From assembly GCA_963793265.1 (NCBI GenBank), contig CAWBZI010000001.1:1216001-1280000 (forward strand): DNA of 64,000 nucleotides, read 5' to 3'. This document shows, piece after piece, positions 1-10,400 of this stretch (the first letter of the stretch is position 1; the number at the start of each line of letters is the position of its first letter). This DNA is from an uncultured cyanobacterium. GTDB taxonomy: Bacteria > Cyanobacteriota > Cyanobacteriia > Phormidesmidales > Phormidesmidaceae. The notes below the pieces were generated by a model that saw only the letters and a list, made by a program, of their open reading frames with translations, was not told the DNA's origin and searched no databases. Made by a program: the position numbers and the translations under genes.

Positions 1-395
1 CTAATCAGCGTTTTATCTGCCGACAGCAAATTAGCCTCATGTTGGCCATCAGGACGAGCTTGAGGCGGCTGCACCTTGAGAATAATGTCAGCGCTATCCC
101 ACAGATCAACCGTCTTCACAATCTCGCAGCCTGCCGCCTTGTAAGCAGCATCGCTGAACTTCGCGTTCTCGCCTGCTGAGCGCTCGACCAAAACATCAAA
201 GCCAAGCTTTTGCAGCTTCTTAACCGTATCGGGAGTGGCCGCTACTCTGCGTTCGCCGGGTGCAATTTCTTTGGGAATGCCAATTTTTTTAGCCAACTTT
301 GGCTCAGACTTTGGTTCAGCAGAACCTTCCGCTTGGAGAGTTGCTACCGGGGCAACTTCCTTTTTAGCAGCGTCCTTTTCAATCGAAAGGGTCAT
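1..395 (-). CDS. pntA: NAD(P) transhydrogenase subunit alpha, 5' part (runs off window)
   Basis: Manual translation from ATG 395: ...KIGIPKEIAPGERRVAATPDTVKKLQKLGFDVLVERSAGENAKFSDAAY..., the PntA N-terminal motif. Absent from the ORF track because it is truncated. Confidence 0.92.
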   Translation of the reverse strand, partial: MTLSIEKDAAKKEVAPVATLQAEGSAEPKSEPKLAKKIGIPKEIAPGERRVAATPDTVKKLQKLGFDVLVERSAGENAKFSDAAYKAAGCEIVKTVDLWDSADIILKVQPPQARPDGQHEANLLSADKTLI

Positions 396-739
396 AGCGT
401 CTCCGAGTTCTAGATAAATATGCAGGCGTTAGAACGCAGACTAAATAGTGGCAGAAGAGAAATACACATCGGTGGCACTACTCACAAAGATTGATGTCTG
501 TTAGCAAAAGTTTTTGAAGGGTTTGTAGGGGTTCATATTTAGGGGCGCTTGGTTGGCAGGTTGCGCGATCGCCTTCATGCAATTCAAAAACCGTCCACTT
601 CCCTATATGACCGCTGTTCTCGCAGTGTTAGACGTAATATAAGAAAAGCGTCGCATTCCAAAGCTGCTGCGCTTAACTTCATGAAGTAACATCACATTCT
701 GTTTAAAGCCACATTTTTTGTTTGAGGAGTCGTAGCGAA

Positions 740-1336
740 ATGTCTGCAAAGCGTTCTAGTCTATTTTCAATTTCAGGGCGTTTACTATCAGGTCTATTCC
801 TGTCAGGCGCGGCGATCGCCACCACTATCGCCGTTGTGCCCACCGCCCCCGGCATCGCTCAAACCAACCAGGGCATCACCCTCTTCGGCGGCGTCGATTC
901 CGAATATCGCCTGCCCTACACCCTGCGCAACAACCGCCCGCGTAGCACCAACGCGCTCTACTACCTGCGCGTCCCTGGCACCCGCATGGATCGCGCTGCC
1001 TCTAAGCTTCGCATCACCTACCCCGAAGCCTTCACCAACCGCCGAGGCTCTTTTGACACCGACAGCATCGAAGTTCGCCGGGGCCGAGGCACGGGCGGCA
1101 GCGAAATCGCTGTAGAAGAAGTCACCTGGGATGCAGACTCTAGCCAAATCGAAATCTTCCTAGCCGAAGATATCCCCGCTGACACCAGCTTTGTCGTCTA
1201 CATGAGCAACATCCGCAACCCCAACCGCTTTGGGATGCACCGCTTTAACCTCCAGGCCGAAGCACGCGGCGACGTACTGCCTCGCTACCTGGGCACTTGG
1301 GAACTGCTAGTTGCAGAAGACAGGGGTAACCGCTAA
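740..1336 (+). CDS. DUF2808-type secreted protein
   Basis: Signal-like N-terminus, GITLFGGV and NP..FG...FN motifs; usual position upstream of rpmH in cyanobacteria. ATG 740 preferred over TTG 722. Confidence 0.75.
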   Translation: MSAKRSSLFSISGRLLSGLFLSGAAIATTIAVVPTAPGIAQTNQGITLFGGVDSEYRLPYTLRNNRPRSTNALYYLRVPGTRMDRAASKLRITYPEAFTNRRGSFDTDSIEVRRGRGTGGSEIAVEEVTWDADSSQIEIFLAEDIPADTSFVVYMSNIRNPNRFGMHRFNLQAEARGDVLPRYLGTWELLVAEDRGNR

Positions 1337-1386
1337 TATAATAGACCCAACAAAGCCAGCAGACCGCAGCCAGGAGACATTAAGTC

Positions 1387-1530
1387 ATGACGAAGCGTAC
1401 CTTAGGCGGAACTTCCCGCAAGCGCAAAAGAGTATCTGGATTCCGTGCCAGAATGCGTACTAAAAATGGCCGTAACGTCATTAAGGCGCGTCGTAGCAAA
1501 GGTCGCGCTCGTCTTTCAGTCAGTGGCTAA
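1387..1530 (+). CDS. rpmH: 50S ribosomal protein L34 (47 aa)
   Basis: Manual translation [52 protein letters not shown] upstream; precedes rnpA. Confidence 0.98.
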   Translation: MTKRTLGGTSRKRKRVSGFRARMRTKNGRNVIKARRSKGRARLSVSG

Positions 1531-1532
1531 CG

Positions 1533-1991
1533 GTGGCCCTTGCTAAGCAGAACCGGCTGGGGTCATCTCGTGATTTTGGCAAGGTTCATCGCAAAGGCGC
1601 TAGAGCTGCAACCGAACATCTGGCAGTCAGAGCGCTAGCTTTTAGACCGACAGTCAGAGTAGAAGATCATAAAAAACGCCTGAGCGCAGAGGGAAAACCG
1701 TCTGCGCTTTCGTGTGATTCAGCGCGTGATTCTAACGAGGATTCGGCACCCCAAGCCAAACCCGCCACTAAATTTGGCATTTCTATCAGCCGAAAAGTTA
1801 GCAAAAAAGCGGTCGTTCGCAATCGCATCAAACGGCAGATAAAAGCCATTATTCGGCAGATGCTGCCCGATGTTCAGCCCGGTTGGCAGGTCGTTATTGT
1901 CGTCCGTACCTGCGCGGTAGAGTGCGAATTTGACGACTTTTTGCGAGAATTAGAATACCTGTTAAAAAAACTAAAGATCGTATCGAGGTAA
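1533..1991 (+). CDS. rnpA: Ribonuclease P protein component
   Basis: FGISISRKVSKKAVVRNRIKR (RNR motif); synteny with rpmH and yidC. Confidence 0.96.
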   Translation: MALAKQNRLGSSRDFGKVHRKGARAATEHLAVRALAFRPTVRVEDHKKRLSAEGKPSALSCDSARDSNEDSAPQAKPATKFGISISRKVSKKAVVRNRIKRQIKAIIRQMLPDVQPGWQVVIVVRTCAVECEFDDFLRELEYLLKKLKIVSR

Positions 1992-1994
1992 TCC

Positions 1995-2390
1995 ATGGCT
2001 ATTAAAGAAGACGTTTACTACGAGGGTGGCCCCCACATTGGCGAGCTAATCTTCAACATAGCGCTGGCTTTTACCATCATTTGCATTCCGCTCACCGTCG
2101 GCGCAATCGTGCGGGCGCTGTGGCTACGCTACCGAATTACGAGCCGCCGCATTTCGATTACGGGGGGCTGGATGGGACGCGATCGCACAGACATCATCTA
2201 CTCAGAAATCGCTAAAATTGTCACAGTGCCTAGAGGCTTAGGCGCATGGGGCGATATGGTCGTCACCCTCAAAGACGGTAGCCGCATCGAAATGCGCGCC
2301 GTGCCTAACTTTAGAGACGTATTCGACTATGTAACCGACAAGATTTCGCCTCAGGCCAAAGTCGCGAGCGGCGCAGTCGGCGTTTCGTAA
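1995..2390 (+). CDS. Bacterial PH-domain membrane protein
   Basis: YYEGGPH, a TM segment, LRYRITSRRI; conserved cyanobacterial gene between rnpA and yidC. Confidence 0.8.
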   Translation: MAIKEDVYYEGGPHIGELIFNIALAFTIICIPLTVGAIVRALWLRYRITSRRISITGGWMGRDRTDIIYSEIAKIVTVPRGLGAWGDMVVTLKDGSRIEMRAVPNFRDVFDYVTDKISPQAKVASGAVGVS

Positions 2391-2553
2391 GCGAAATCTA
2401 CCTCTCAAAACGACACCTCGAATAGGAGCCGCAATCATTGAAGTTCGGTTAACCCATCTTCAACGCGGCTCCCATTCAGATAAATTAAAGTCAGCAGCTT
2501 TTAATAGCCTTCAATCACCACCCCCTACAGCCTTCAACTAACAGAGCGCCAGC

Positions 2554-3789
2554 ATGGACTTCGGAATCGGCTTCCTTTCAAACAACGTAATGCTGCCAAT
2601 CCTAGATTTTTTCTATGGGATTGTGCCCAGCTATGGGCTAGCAATTATCGCCCTCACCCTAGTAATTCGCTTTGCGCTCTATCCGCTCAACGCGGGTTCT
2701 ATTCGCAACATGCGAAAAATGAAAGTCGCAAACCCCCTCATGCAAAAACGCATGGCAGAGGTTAAAGAGCGCTACAAAGACGATCCGGTTAAGCAGCAAG
2801 AAGAAATCAAGGGCATTTACTCAGAGTTTGGCAACCCCTTAGCAGGCTGCTTTCCAGTCGTGCTACAAATGCCCATTCTGTTCGCCCTATTTGCAACCCT
2901 AAGAGGATCGCCGTTTGCAGACACCAGCCTGCCTGTAAACCTCAAGATCGTTCTACCCGAAACCATAGAGCAGGTCGAGCAAGCGCCGCTAATCACCAAG
3001 CCCAGCAACATCTTTGTGGCCGATGGCGAACACTTCAGAGTCAGCGCTGTAGTGCCCGCAGGTGAGAAAATAGCCATTGGCGACACTGCCAAAATTCAGC
3101 TCCGCTCCACCGACGATAAGTCTCTAGACGAGCTGCGAACTGAGTATGCCGAAGAAGGTGTAGACATTACGCCTGAGTGGGAGATTACTAAAGGCGACGA
3201 CATCGCCACCATTGAGGCCGATGGCACCATTAAGGCGCTAGCTCCAGGCGATGTGACTATTCAAGCTAAAATCCCCGGTCTAGCGGCTGACAAAGGCTTT
3301 TTATTCATTGAAAAGCTCGGTCAAATCGGCGTGACTGGCGAAAACGGAGAAATCCACTGGGATATTCTCGGCATGATTATCTTCTTTGGTATCAGCCTTT
3401 ACGTGAGTCAGCAGATTACCCAGGGTGGCCCCAGCGCAGGCGACCAAAACGATCAGCAGCAGGCCATTCAAAAGTTCACGCCCGTGATTTTCTCTGGCAT
3501 GTTCCTATTCTTCCCGCTCCCTGCTGGCGTACTGATGTACATGGTGGTTGCCAACATCTTCCAAACCGCACAGTCTTTCATCCTCTCGAAAGAGCCTTTG
3601 CCTGAGAACATTCAGAAGCTTCTGGATGCCCAAGAAAAGAGCCAGGGTAAGACGATTGATGTAGAAGCGCGCAGCGAGAAGCTAGCGTTTGAGCCAGGTG
3701 CAGCTAAGCGCGCAGCCAAAGAAGCGGCGGCTCCTAAAAATAAGAAAAAAGCCGGTGCTAAAAAGAACACAGCTAAGAAGAAGTCTTAG
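2554..3789 (+). CDS. yidC: Membrane protein insertase YidC
   Basis: [44 protein letters not shown] motifs. Confidence 0.97.
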   Translation: MDFGIGFLSNNVMLPILDFFYGIVPSYGLAIIALTLVIRFALYPLNAGSIRNMRKMKVANPLMQKRMAEVKERYKDDPVKQQEEIKGIYSEFGNPLAGCFPVVLQMPILFALFATLRGSPFADTSLPVNLKIVLPETIEQVEQAPLITKPSNIFVADGEHFRVSAVVPAGEKIAIGDTAKIQLRSTDDKSLDELRTEYAEEGVDITPEWEITKGDDIATIEADGTIKALAPGDVTIQAKIPGLAADKGFLFIEKLGQIGVTGENGEIHWDILGMIIFFGISLYVSQQITQGGPSAGDQNDQQQAIQKFTPVIFSGMFLFFPLPAGVLMYMVVANIFQTAQSFILSKEPLPENIQKLLDAQEKSQGKTIDVEARSEKLAFEPGAAKRAAKEAAAPKNKKKAGAKKNTAKKKS

Positions 3790-3832
3790 CTGGGCGATCG
3801 CCTACCGATCCCGACCACAGCTTGCTTTTACA

Positions 3833-3869
3833 GATGGCTCACCTGCGCTGACATGACGGGTGGGCCATC
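3833..3869 (+). other. Intergenic stem-loop between yidC and jag
   Basis: GATGGCTCACCTG...CGGGTGGGCCATC can pair with G-U pairs; no U-tract. Confidence 0.45.
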
Positions 3870-3944
3870 AACGTTATAGAATCGGCTACTAAGGTCTAAA
3901 TTCAGACATCTGTAGGCGCATAAAAGAGGCGCATAAAGAAATCC

Positions 3945-4448
3945 ATGGAAAAGAGCATTAGCTGGTTAGAGGAACTATTGACGCTTCAAGGGCTCAAAGC
4001 CAGCGTAAGTGGGAATCAGAAAACTGAAGCCGAAGGCGACGATAGCTACTGGCTCACTATCGATACCGCCAATTTATCTGAGGCTGAAGTAGAAGGGCTG
4101 ATTGGCGATCGCGGCACTGTCTTAGACTCCATTCAATACCTCGCCAACATCACCCTCAACATGGGCAAAGGCGAAGACGAACAGCAAGCCTACACCATCG
4201 AAATCAACGGCTACCGCGAAAAGCGTCAGGCCGAACTCAAAGAAATCGCTCAAAACGCCGCTGATCAGGTGATTGAAAGCGGTAAAGAATACGAAATCAA
4301 GGGCCTCTCTGCCGCCGAGCGTCGCCATCTACACGGCATACTAGGCGAAAATGAAGCGCTAGAAACCTTTAGCAGAGGCCGTGAGCCTGAGCGTCATTTA
4401 GTCGTTAAGAAGGCAGGCGCAACCGAAGAAACCGACGCTGAAGAATAG
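3945..4448 (+). CDS. jag: Jag/KhpB RNA-binding protein (KH + R3H)
   Basis: LIGDRGTVLDSIQYL (KH), AERRHLH (R3H), SRGREPERHLVV. Confidence 0.9.
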   Translation: MEKSISWLEELLTLQGLKASVSGNQKTEAEGDDSYWLTIDTANLSEAEVEGLIGDRGTVLDSIQYLANITLNMGKGEDEQQAYTIEINGYREKRQAELKEIAQNAADQVIESGKEYEIKGLSAAERRHLHGILGENEALETFSRGREPERHLVVKKAGATEETDAEE

Positions 4449-4513
4449 CGCCGCCCCAGAATTGAAGAGACCTGAAGCCCCTTTATCCTCACCAAACTTA
4501 CTGTCATCTGGCA

Positions 4514-5017
4514 ATGAGATCTATTCATATTCCGCAGATATTAAACGCTCCCAACAAGACCCTTTCTATAGACGTTGCCGAACATTTGCCGGGGTTAGAG
4601 ACGCTGACGCCTGTTAAAGGTGAAATGAGCGTTACCCATCAGGGCACCTATTTGGACGTGAGAGGCAAAGCAGAAACCATTGTGACTTTGGAGTGTGATC
4701 GCTGCCTCCAAAGCTACAACACCCGTATCCAGCTAGACACTTCAGAAGTCGTTTGGCTAGAAGAACCCGCCCCGGTAGAGCTTGTCGAAAAAGAAGTTGA
4801 CCTCGAAGACCTGATCGAATCTGTCTCGCCTCACGGCAACTTCGATCCGGGCGAATGGCTCTATCAGCAAATGTGCCTGGCTATTCCCCAAAAGCAAATC
4901 TGCCGCCCTGACTGCGAAGGCATCGCCTTCAACAATCCCAAGAGCACAGAACCCGAAATCGACCACCGCTGGGCCGCGCTTTCGTCTTTAAAGCAGCAGC
5001 TATCGGAGCAAAACTAA
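4514..5017 (+). CDS. YceD/DUF177 family protein
   Basis: CDRCL, C..DC.G and DHRWAAL motifs. Confidence 0.9.
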   Translation: MRSIHIPQILNAPNKTLSIDVAEHLPGLETLTPVKGEMSVTHQGTYLDVRGKAETIVTLECDRCLQSYNTRIQLDTSEVVWLEEPAPVELVEKEVDLEDLIESVSPHGNFDPGEWLYQQMCLAIPQKQICRPDCEGIAFNNPKSTEPEIDHRWAALSSLKQQLSEQN

Positions 5018-5025
5018 GCCGGGCA

Positions 5026-5631
5026 TCAAACAGGCTTTTCTTTTTCTAGCTCTGCAATCCTCGCTCGCAACGGCTCTACCGCAGCCCTAACTATCGCCGC
5101 CACCTCATCCGCCGAATAGCGGACAGGAATATGCTGCGAGCAATTTTCACTAAACGCCTCTACCCGAAACAAAATTGCTCGCTCAACTTTCGCTGCATAC
5201 CCCGGCATTCTCAGCCGCTCAATCAGCTCTTCATCGCCCTCTACATACTCAGCGCGGCCCCAGAGCTTAACCCGGCGACGATGGCGGTAGTCCATCAGAA
5301 ACAAAAACGCCCGGTCGTTAGCCGCCAAATTTCCCACCGTCACATACTGCACGTTCCCCGAGAAATCAGCAAAGCCCAAAGTCTTCTCATCTAGCACCTT
5401 CAAAAATCCCGGTGGCCCACCGCGAAACTGAATGTACGGATAGCCATTAGAGCCCACCGTCCCGAAATAGCAGCCGTCTAGCTGAGATAAGAACTCAGCT
5501 AAGTTTGGCGTAATTGAATCGTTCGCAGGCCCTTTGGCAACGTATCGCTCATAAGTCTCCCGAGAGCCTCGCTCGGCCTGCGCTGCCTTTACCTCAGGCG
5601 TAAAGGCAATCTCACCAAACTTACTCGCCAT
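5026..5631 (-). CDS. Pyridoxamine 5'-phosphate oxidase-like FMN-binding protein
   Basis: PYIQFRGGPPGFLKVLD, ADFSGNVQY and NCSQHIP motifs. Confidence 0.85.
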   Translation of the reverse strand: MASKFGEIAFTPEVKAAQAERGSRETYERYVAKGPANDSITPNLAEFLSQLDGCYFGTVGSNGYPYIQFRGGPPGFLKVLDEKTLGFADFSGNVQYVTVGNLAANDRAFLFLMDYRHRRRVKLWGRAEYVEGDEELIERLRMPGYAAKVERAILFRVEAFSENCSQHIPVRYSADEVAAIVRAAVEPLRARIAELEKEKPV

Positions 5632-5633
5632 AG

Positions 5634-6257
5634 TTAAATCCCCGCCATTGAAACAAAATGCGGTAGCTGCTTAACCCGCTCAATCCACGCAAGCACCTGC
5701 GGGTAAGGCGCTAGCGAAATTTTGCCATCGCCTGCCAGGGCCACATAAGGAAAAATGGCAATATCGGCAATGGTCGGTCGATTCACCTTCGCCGAGCCTT
5801 CGCCAGTACCCGCTAGCCATTCGTGATCGCTCAAGTGCCGATCCAACTGCTCCAAAATAAACGCAGCTCTCGTATTCGCCCGCTCAATATTAATCGTCGA
5901 AACGCCAAACAGATAGTAAAGCCGCGCAAACTCCGGCCCCTGCCTCACCTCCCCAGCCGCCGTAGACAGCCAGCGCGTCACCTCAGCCATCGGCAGCGGC
6001 TCCAAAGGCAACCAGTCATCGCCGCCATACTTCCGTGCCAAATAAACCAAAATCGCCTGCGCGTCCGGCACCACCACATCGCCATCCGTCAAAACCGGAA
6101 TCTGACCAAACGGATTGAGTGCCAAAAATGGCGGCTGCAAATGCTCACCTTTCAACACGTTCACATTAATTTCTTCGTATTCCAGCTCCAAAAAAGAGAG
6201 CAGCATTCTGACCTTGTGCACGTTTCCTGAGATTGCATGGCCGTAGAGCTTTAACAT
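5634..6257 (-). CDS. Glutathione S-transferase family protein
   Basis: MLKLYGHAISGN, LNPFGQIPVL, DAQAILVYLA, PTIADIA; ATG 6257. Confidence 0.93.
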   Translation of the reverse strand: MLKLYGHAISGNVHKVRMLLSFLELEYEEINVNVLKGEHLQPPFLALNPFGQIPVLTDGDVVVPDAQAILVYLARKYGGDDWLPLEPLPMAEVTRWLSTAAGEVRQGPEFARLYYLFGVSTINIERANTRAAFILEQLDRHLSDHEWLAGTGEGSAKVNRPTIADIAIFPYVALAGDGKISLAPYPQVLAWIERVKQLPHFVSMAGI

Positions 6258-6276
6258 AGGAAAATTCTCAAGCAGC

Positions 6277-6323
6277 AAACCGAACGAACGGTACAGACAC
6301 AATTAAACCGATCGTTCGGTACA
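6277..6323. promoter_or_regulatory. Paired palindromic operators, probably for the adjacent TetR
   Basis: AAACCGAACGAACGGTACA (6277-6295) and AAACCGATCGTTCGGTACA (6305-6323) lie between divergent GST and tetR. Confidence 0.7.
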
Positions 6324-6376
6324 ATGTCAATAGTCTCTGCCGATAGTTCCTAAGCACGCCTCGCTGCCAAACACTC

Positions 6377-6943
6377 ATGTCCCGCGAAACCCACCTGCCC
6401 GTTTTATTTGAACTCTTCCGCCAGCACGGGTACGACGGTGTGAGCCTTTCTAAGATTGCAGAGGCGACAGAACTGGGTAAAGCCAGCCTTTATCACCACT
6501 TTCCAGGCGGCAAGGCAGAGATGGTGCGGGCCACACTCGACTATAGCCAGCGGTGGTTTGTCGAAAACATTATTGATGTATTAGAAGCAGAAGGCACCGC
6601 CGTTGAAAAGCTTGAGCATATGTGCGATCGCCTCAACACCCTCTACGACGCTGGCCAGCAGCCCTGCCTGCTCGCAACCCTGGTGACTGGCGCGCCGCGA
6701 GATGCTTTTCACGAGCAGGTCAAGGCCAGATTGAAAATGATTGTAGAGGCGATCGCTGATTTACTCACAGCGTCGGGACTAGACCCAGACCTCGCCTACC
6801 AGCGCGGCGAAGACGCTGTTATCACTATTCAAGGCGCACTTATTTTGTCTAGAGGCACCGACAATCCAAAGCCGTTTCAGCGCGCGATCACTCATCTCCC
6901 TCAAAGGCTATGTGAAGGTCTGCGCCCAACTGTAAGAGAATAG
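6377..6943 (+). CDS. TetR/AcrR family regulator
   Basis: HTH LFRQHGYDGVSLSKIAEATELGKASLYHHFPGGK. Confidence 0.93.
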   Translation: MSRETHLPVLFELFRQHGYDGVSLSKIAEATELGKASLYHHFPGGKAEMVRATLDYSQRWFVENIIDVLEAEGTAVEKLEHMCDRLNTLYDAGQQPCLLATLVTGAPRDAFHEQVKARLKMIVEAIADLLTASGLDPDLAYQRGEDAVITIQGALILSRGTDNPKPFQRAITHLPQRLCEGLRPTVRE

Positions 6944-7466
6944 TTTGCATATTTTTCCTGAATTTTATATTTTTCCTGAAATCTAGATCCGGATAAATAA
7001 GTGCGAAATCATATCAAGAAAACTTGATACAACGCTGATAGCCAATCGGTATCATTGATAGCCAGGCCGTATCTCTGGCTTTGACGTTGACAGCCGGGAA
7101 GTTGTCCGTTTGAATAAGGTCAGTTCGTCAAAGGTCATTCAAAGGGCCGCCTCGATCATCGTCACTGATTGGGACATTTACTAAGAGAGTTTCTTAAAAT
7201 CCAAAGAACAATGACTGTTGCTTTGATGAAAATATAGGTCTAAGATACAACCTCAAAAATTCACAAGGAAAGCAACCCAGCCTCTACGGCAACCCGTAGG
7301 GTAAGCGTTTGTGTGTCTTTTTGACAATAATGCAGCTTACATACGCTCAAAACAGCAACACAGTTCAATCCATATGTTGTTCGTCTAGCATCTCTTGTTA
7401 GGCTCACTTTTGAACAACCCCTAAAGGTGCGTTTACCAGCACATTACCTTCAGGGATCAAACATTC

Positions 7467-10400
7467 ATGGCTACAACATCCGATACTTTTGTCAGTGAAG
7501 TTCTTCAGCTCACTAACCAGTTTCGTGCAGAAAATGGCCTAGCGCCCCTAACCGCCAACTCAGAACTTGACCAAACAGCTCAAAGCTATTCTGAGACGAT
7601 GGCCAAAGGAGACTTTTTTGACCATACCGGCAAGGATGGATCAAAGCCCTGGGATAGAGCCGAAAAGGAAGGCTATACTGCCCGCGCGATGGGAGAGAAT
7701 ATTGCGGCGGGTCAGCGATCGCCTCAATCTGTCGTCGATGGCTGGATCAACAGCCCAGGGCACCGCGCCAACCTGCTCAACCCCAGCTACACAGAGCTAG
7801 GCGTTGGCTACTTCAACCTAGAAAACGACACCGGCAGCGTCAACTACAACACATACTGGACACAGCTATTCGGCAGCGGTGACCTCACGCCCAGCGCCAC
7901 CAATCCACCAAACTCTCCTGAGGTGCTCACCCCTACAGCCGAACCAGCACCCGTTGCAGCCGAACTGCCAACTGAAAAGGAAGATCCGGTTAAGACTTCA
8001 CCTGAAGAAGTTCCAGAGACACCCGAAGAACCAGCACCCCTTCCTGAACCTGCCGCGGAAGCACCTGCTGAGCCAATGGCTGAAGCGCCCGCTGAACCTG
8101 CTGCTGAACCAACGGTTGAAACACCTACTGAACCAGTAGCTGAAACGCCAGCAGCCGAACCTATGGCTGAAACACCCACTGAACCAGTAGCCGAGACACC
8201 AGCAGCCGAACCTGCTACAGATAACCCTATGGGTGAGAGCCCTATGGATGCAGGCAATATGGATGATATGGACATGGGCGAGATGCCTCACTCCAAAGAC
8301 CATATGGCGCTCGAAAATCTTATCGACACCTTAGCGCCCACCCATATCGCGGCCAAGAGCGGTGCGTGGTCTGATCCGACGACCTGGCAAAACGGCACGG
8401 TACCCGGCAACGGAGCCAAAGTGCTCATTTCAGAAGGGGCAACCGTCACCTACGATCAAATCAGCGACGATCGAATCAACACTATTGCGATCGAGGGAAA
8501 TCTTAGGTTCGCGGCGGGCAAAGACACCCAGCTCTACGTTGAAACGATTCTCAATGCTCCAGAAGGTAAGCTAGATATTGGTTCTGAAAGCCAGGCGATC
8601 GCAGCCGACAAGAACGCAAGGATTATCTTTACCAGCAACAACACTGTCAACACCCAATGGGATCCTACCCAGCTCAGCAAAGGGCTAGTCAGCCATGGTG
8701 AAGTCAATATCTACGGCGCAGACAAACTCGACAAAGCTGTCCTAGCTGGTGATGCCCAAGCTGGCAACAACGTTCTCACCTTTCAATCCGATCTCACAGG
8801 CTGGCAAGTCGGTGACCAAATCGTCTTAGCCGGTACCGACAACACCTGGAACGGTACCGATGCCGACAACTCCAGACTGCAAGACGAAGTACTTACTATT
8901 ACCGACATCAGCGGCAAAGAGATCCGTTTTGAGAACAAGGACATCACCGAAGGCGACAACACCGTTCTTAGGTTCGACCACACGACCAGCAATAGAGCCG
9001 ACCCAGGAGAGCTAAATCTCTATGCCGCAAACCTAACTCGCAACGTCAGTTTTGAAACCGAAAACGGCAAAGACGTGCCCATCAATCAGCGCGCCCACGT
9101 GATGCTGATGCACAATCCCAACGTAAATGTTCTCAATGCAGGTTTTTACGACTTAGGCCGCTCCGACAAGTCCAAGATTGTTGATGACATTGGTGAAAAC
9201 GTTGACGGGTCTAAGGGCAACGGCACCAACATTCGCGGTCGCTACTCTTTGCACCTCCACAAAACCGGCGTCGATGATGTCAATGGCGAAGCGTCTATCC
9301 TAAAAGGCAACGTGGTTTCGGGCTCGCCAGGGTGGGGGATTGTGCAGCACCAAAGCCATGCCGGACTCGAAGACAATACTGTTTTTGATACGGTCGGCGC
9401 AGGCATTGTGGCCGAATCAGGCAATGAAATCGGCTGGTGGACTGACAACTTTGTGGTAAAGACCACAGGTATGGGTTGGGAAAAGGCCCGAGATCAAAGA
9501 GATAATCGTGAGAACAAGTTCGACTTAGGCTTTGAGGGCGATGCCTACTGGGTTCAGGGCGCAGCTCAAGTCAAGAACAGAGACAACAAAGCGGCCAGCT
9601 CCAACCGGGCTGGTATGGTACTTTTTGGCAGCGCACTAGACACTAAAGACACCTTTAGAGAAGTCACCACCATTCCAGTTAAAAACCTGCCTAAAGAACT
9701 ACAGGGGCTCTGGACAGAAGAACAAACCGAGGCCGATATCCGCGATGTGCCCATGGCGACAGTAAGCGGCTTCGAGAGCTATAACGCTGACTTTGGTCTA
9801 AGAGTATGGGGCCATAACACCAACTTTGACGGCGAAGGCGCATTCAGTACGCCGACTAAAGAAGGCGAGCCTAAGGTTGCGCACACAGGGCGATCGCTCA
9901 TTGAAGACTTTAAGCTATGGGGCAATCGCTGGAGCGGAGCCCAGGTTTTCTATAGCAGCAACGTCGATCTTAAAGACGGGCTCGTACTCGGCAGAGAAAC
10001 CACGCCCTATATTGAAGGCGCTGGCGGACAGGGCTTGCTCAGCAACCATGCCACCTTCAATTCTACCTACGACAATCTCACCATCGCGGGCTACGAACAG
10101 GGCGCTCAAATCGAGTACCCTAACACCGATAAAGACTTTATCGGCGTCACCCTCAAAAACAGCACCTTTAATGACAATGTTTATGCCTTAGGAAAAGTTG
10201 GCGACGACGGTATCAAAGAAGGCAGGCCAGATGACTTTGGTAGCTTTATCAAGCTGCAAAACAACACGTTTGAATCCTCAGATGAAACCACAGCAAACAA
10301 CCGTGCACCAGTTGCAAGGTTTCGGAGCAAAGCCGCTGGCGGACTCGCCATTGAATTAGACGCCAGCGCTTCTTCAGATCCCGATCCGCTGCAAGCTGAA

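Noticed and set aside
8020..8215. CRISPR-like periodic repeats
   Set aside because: They are degenerate in-frame coding repeats with no unique spacers and no cas genes.
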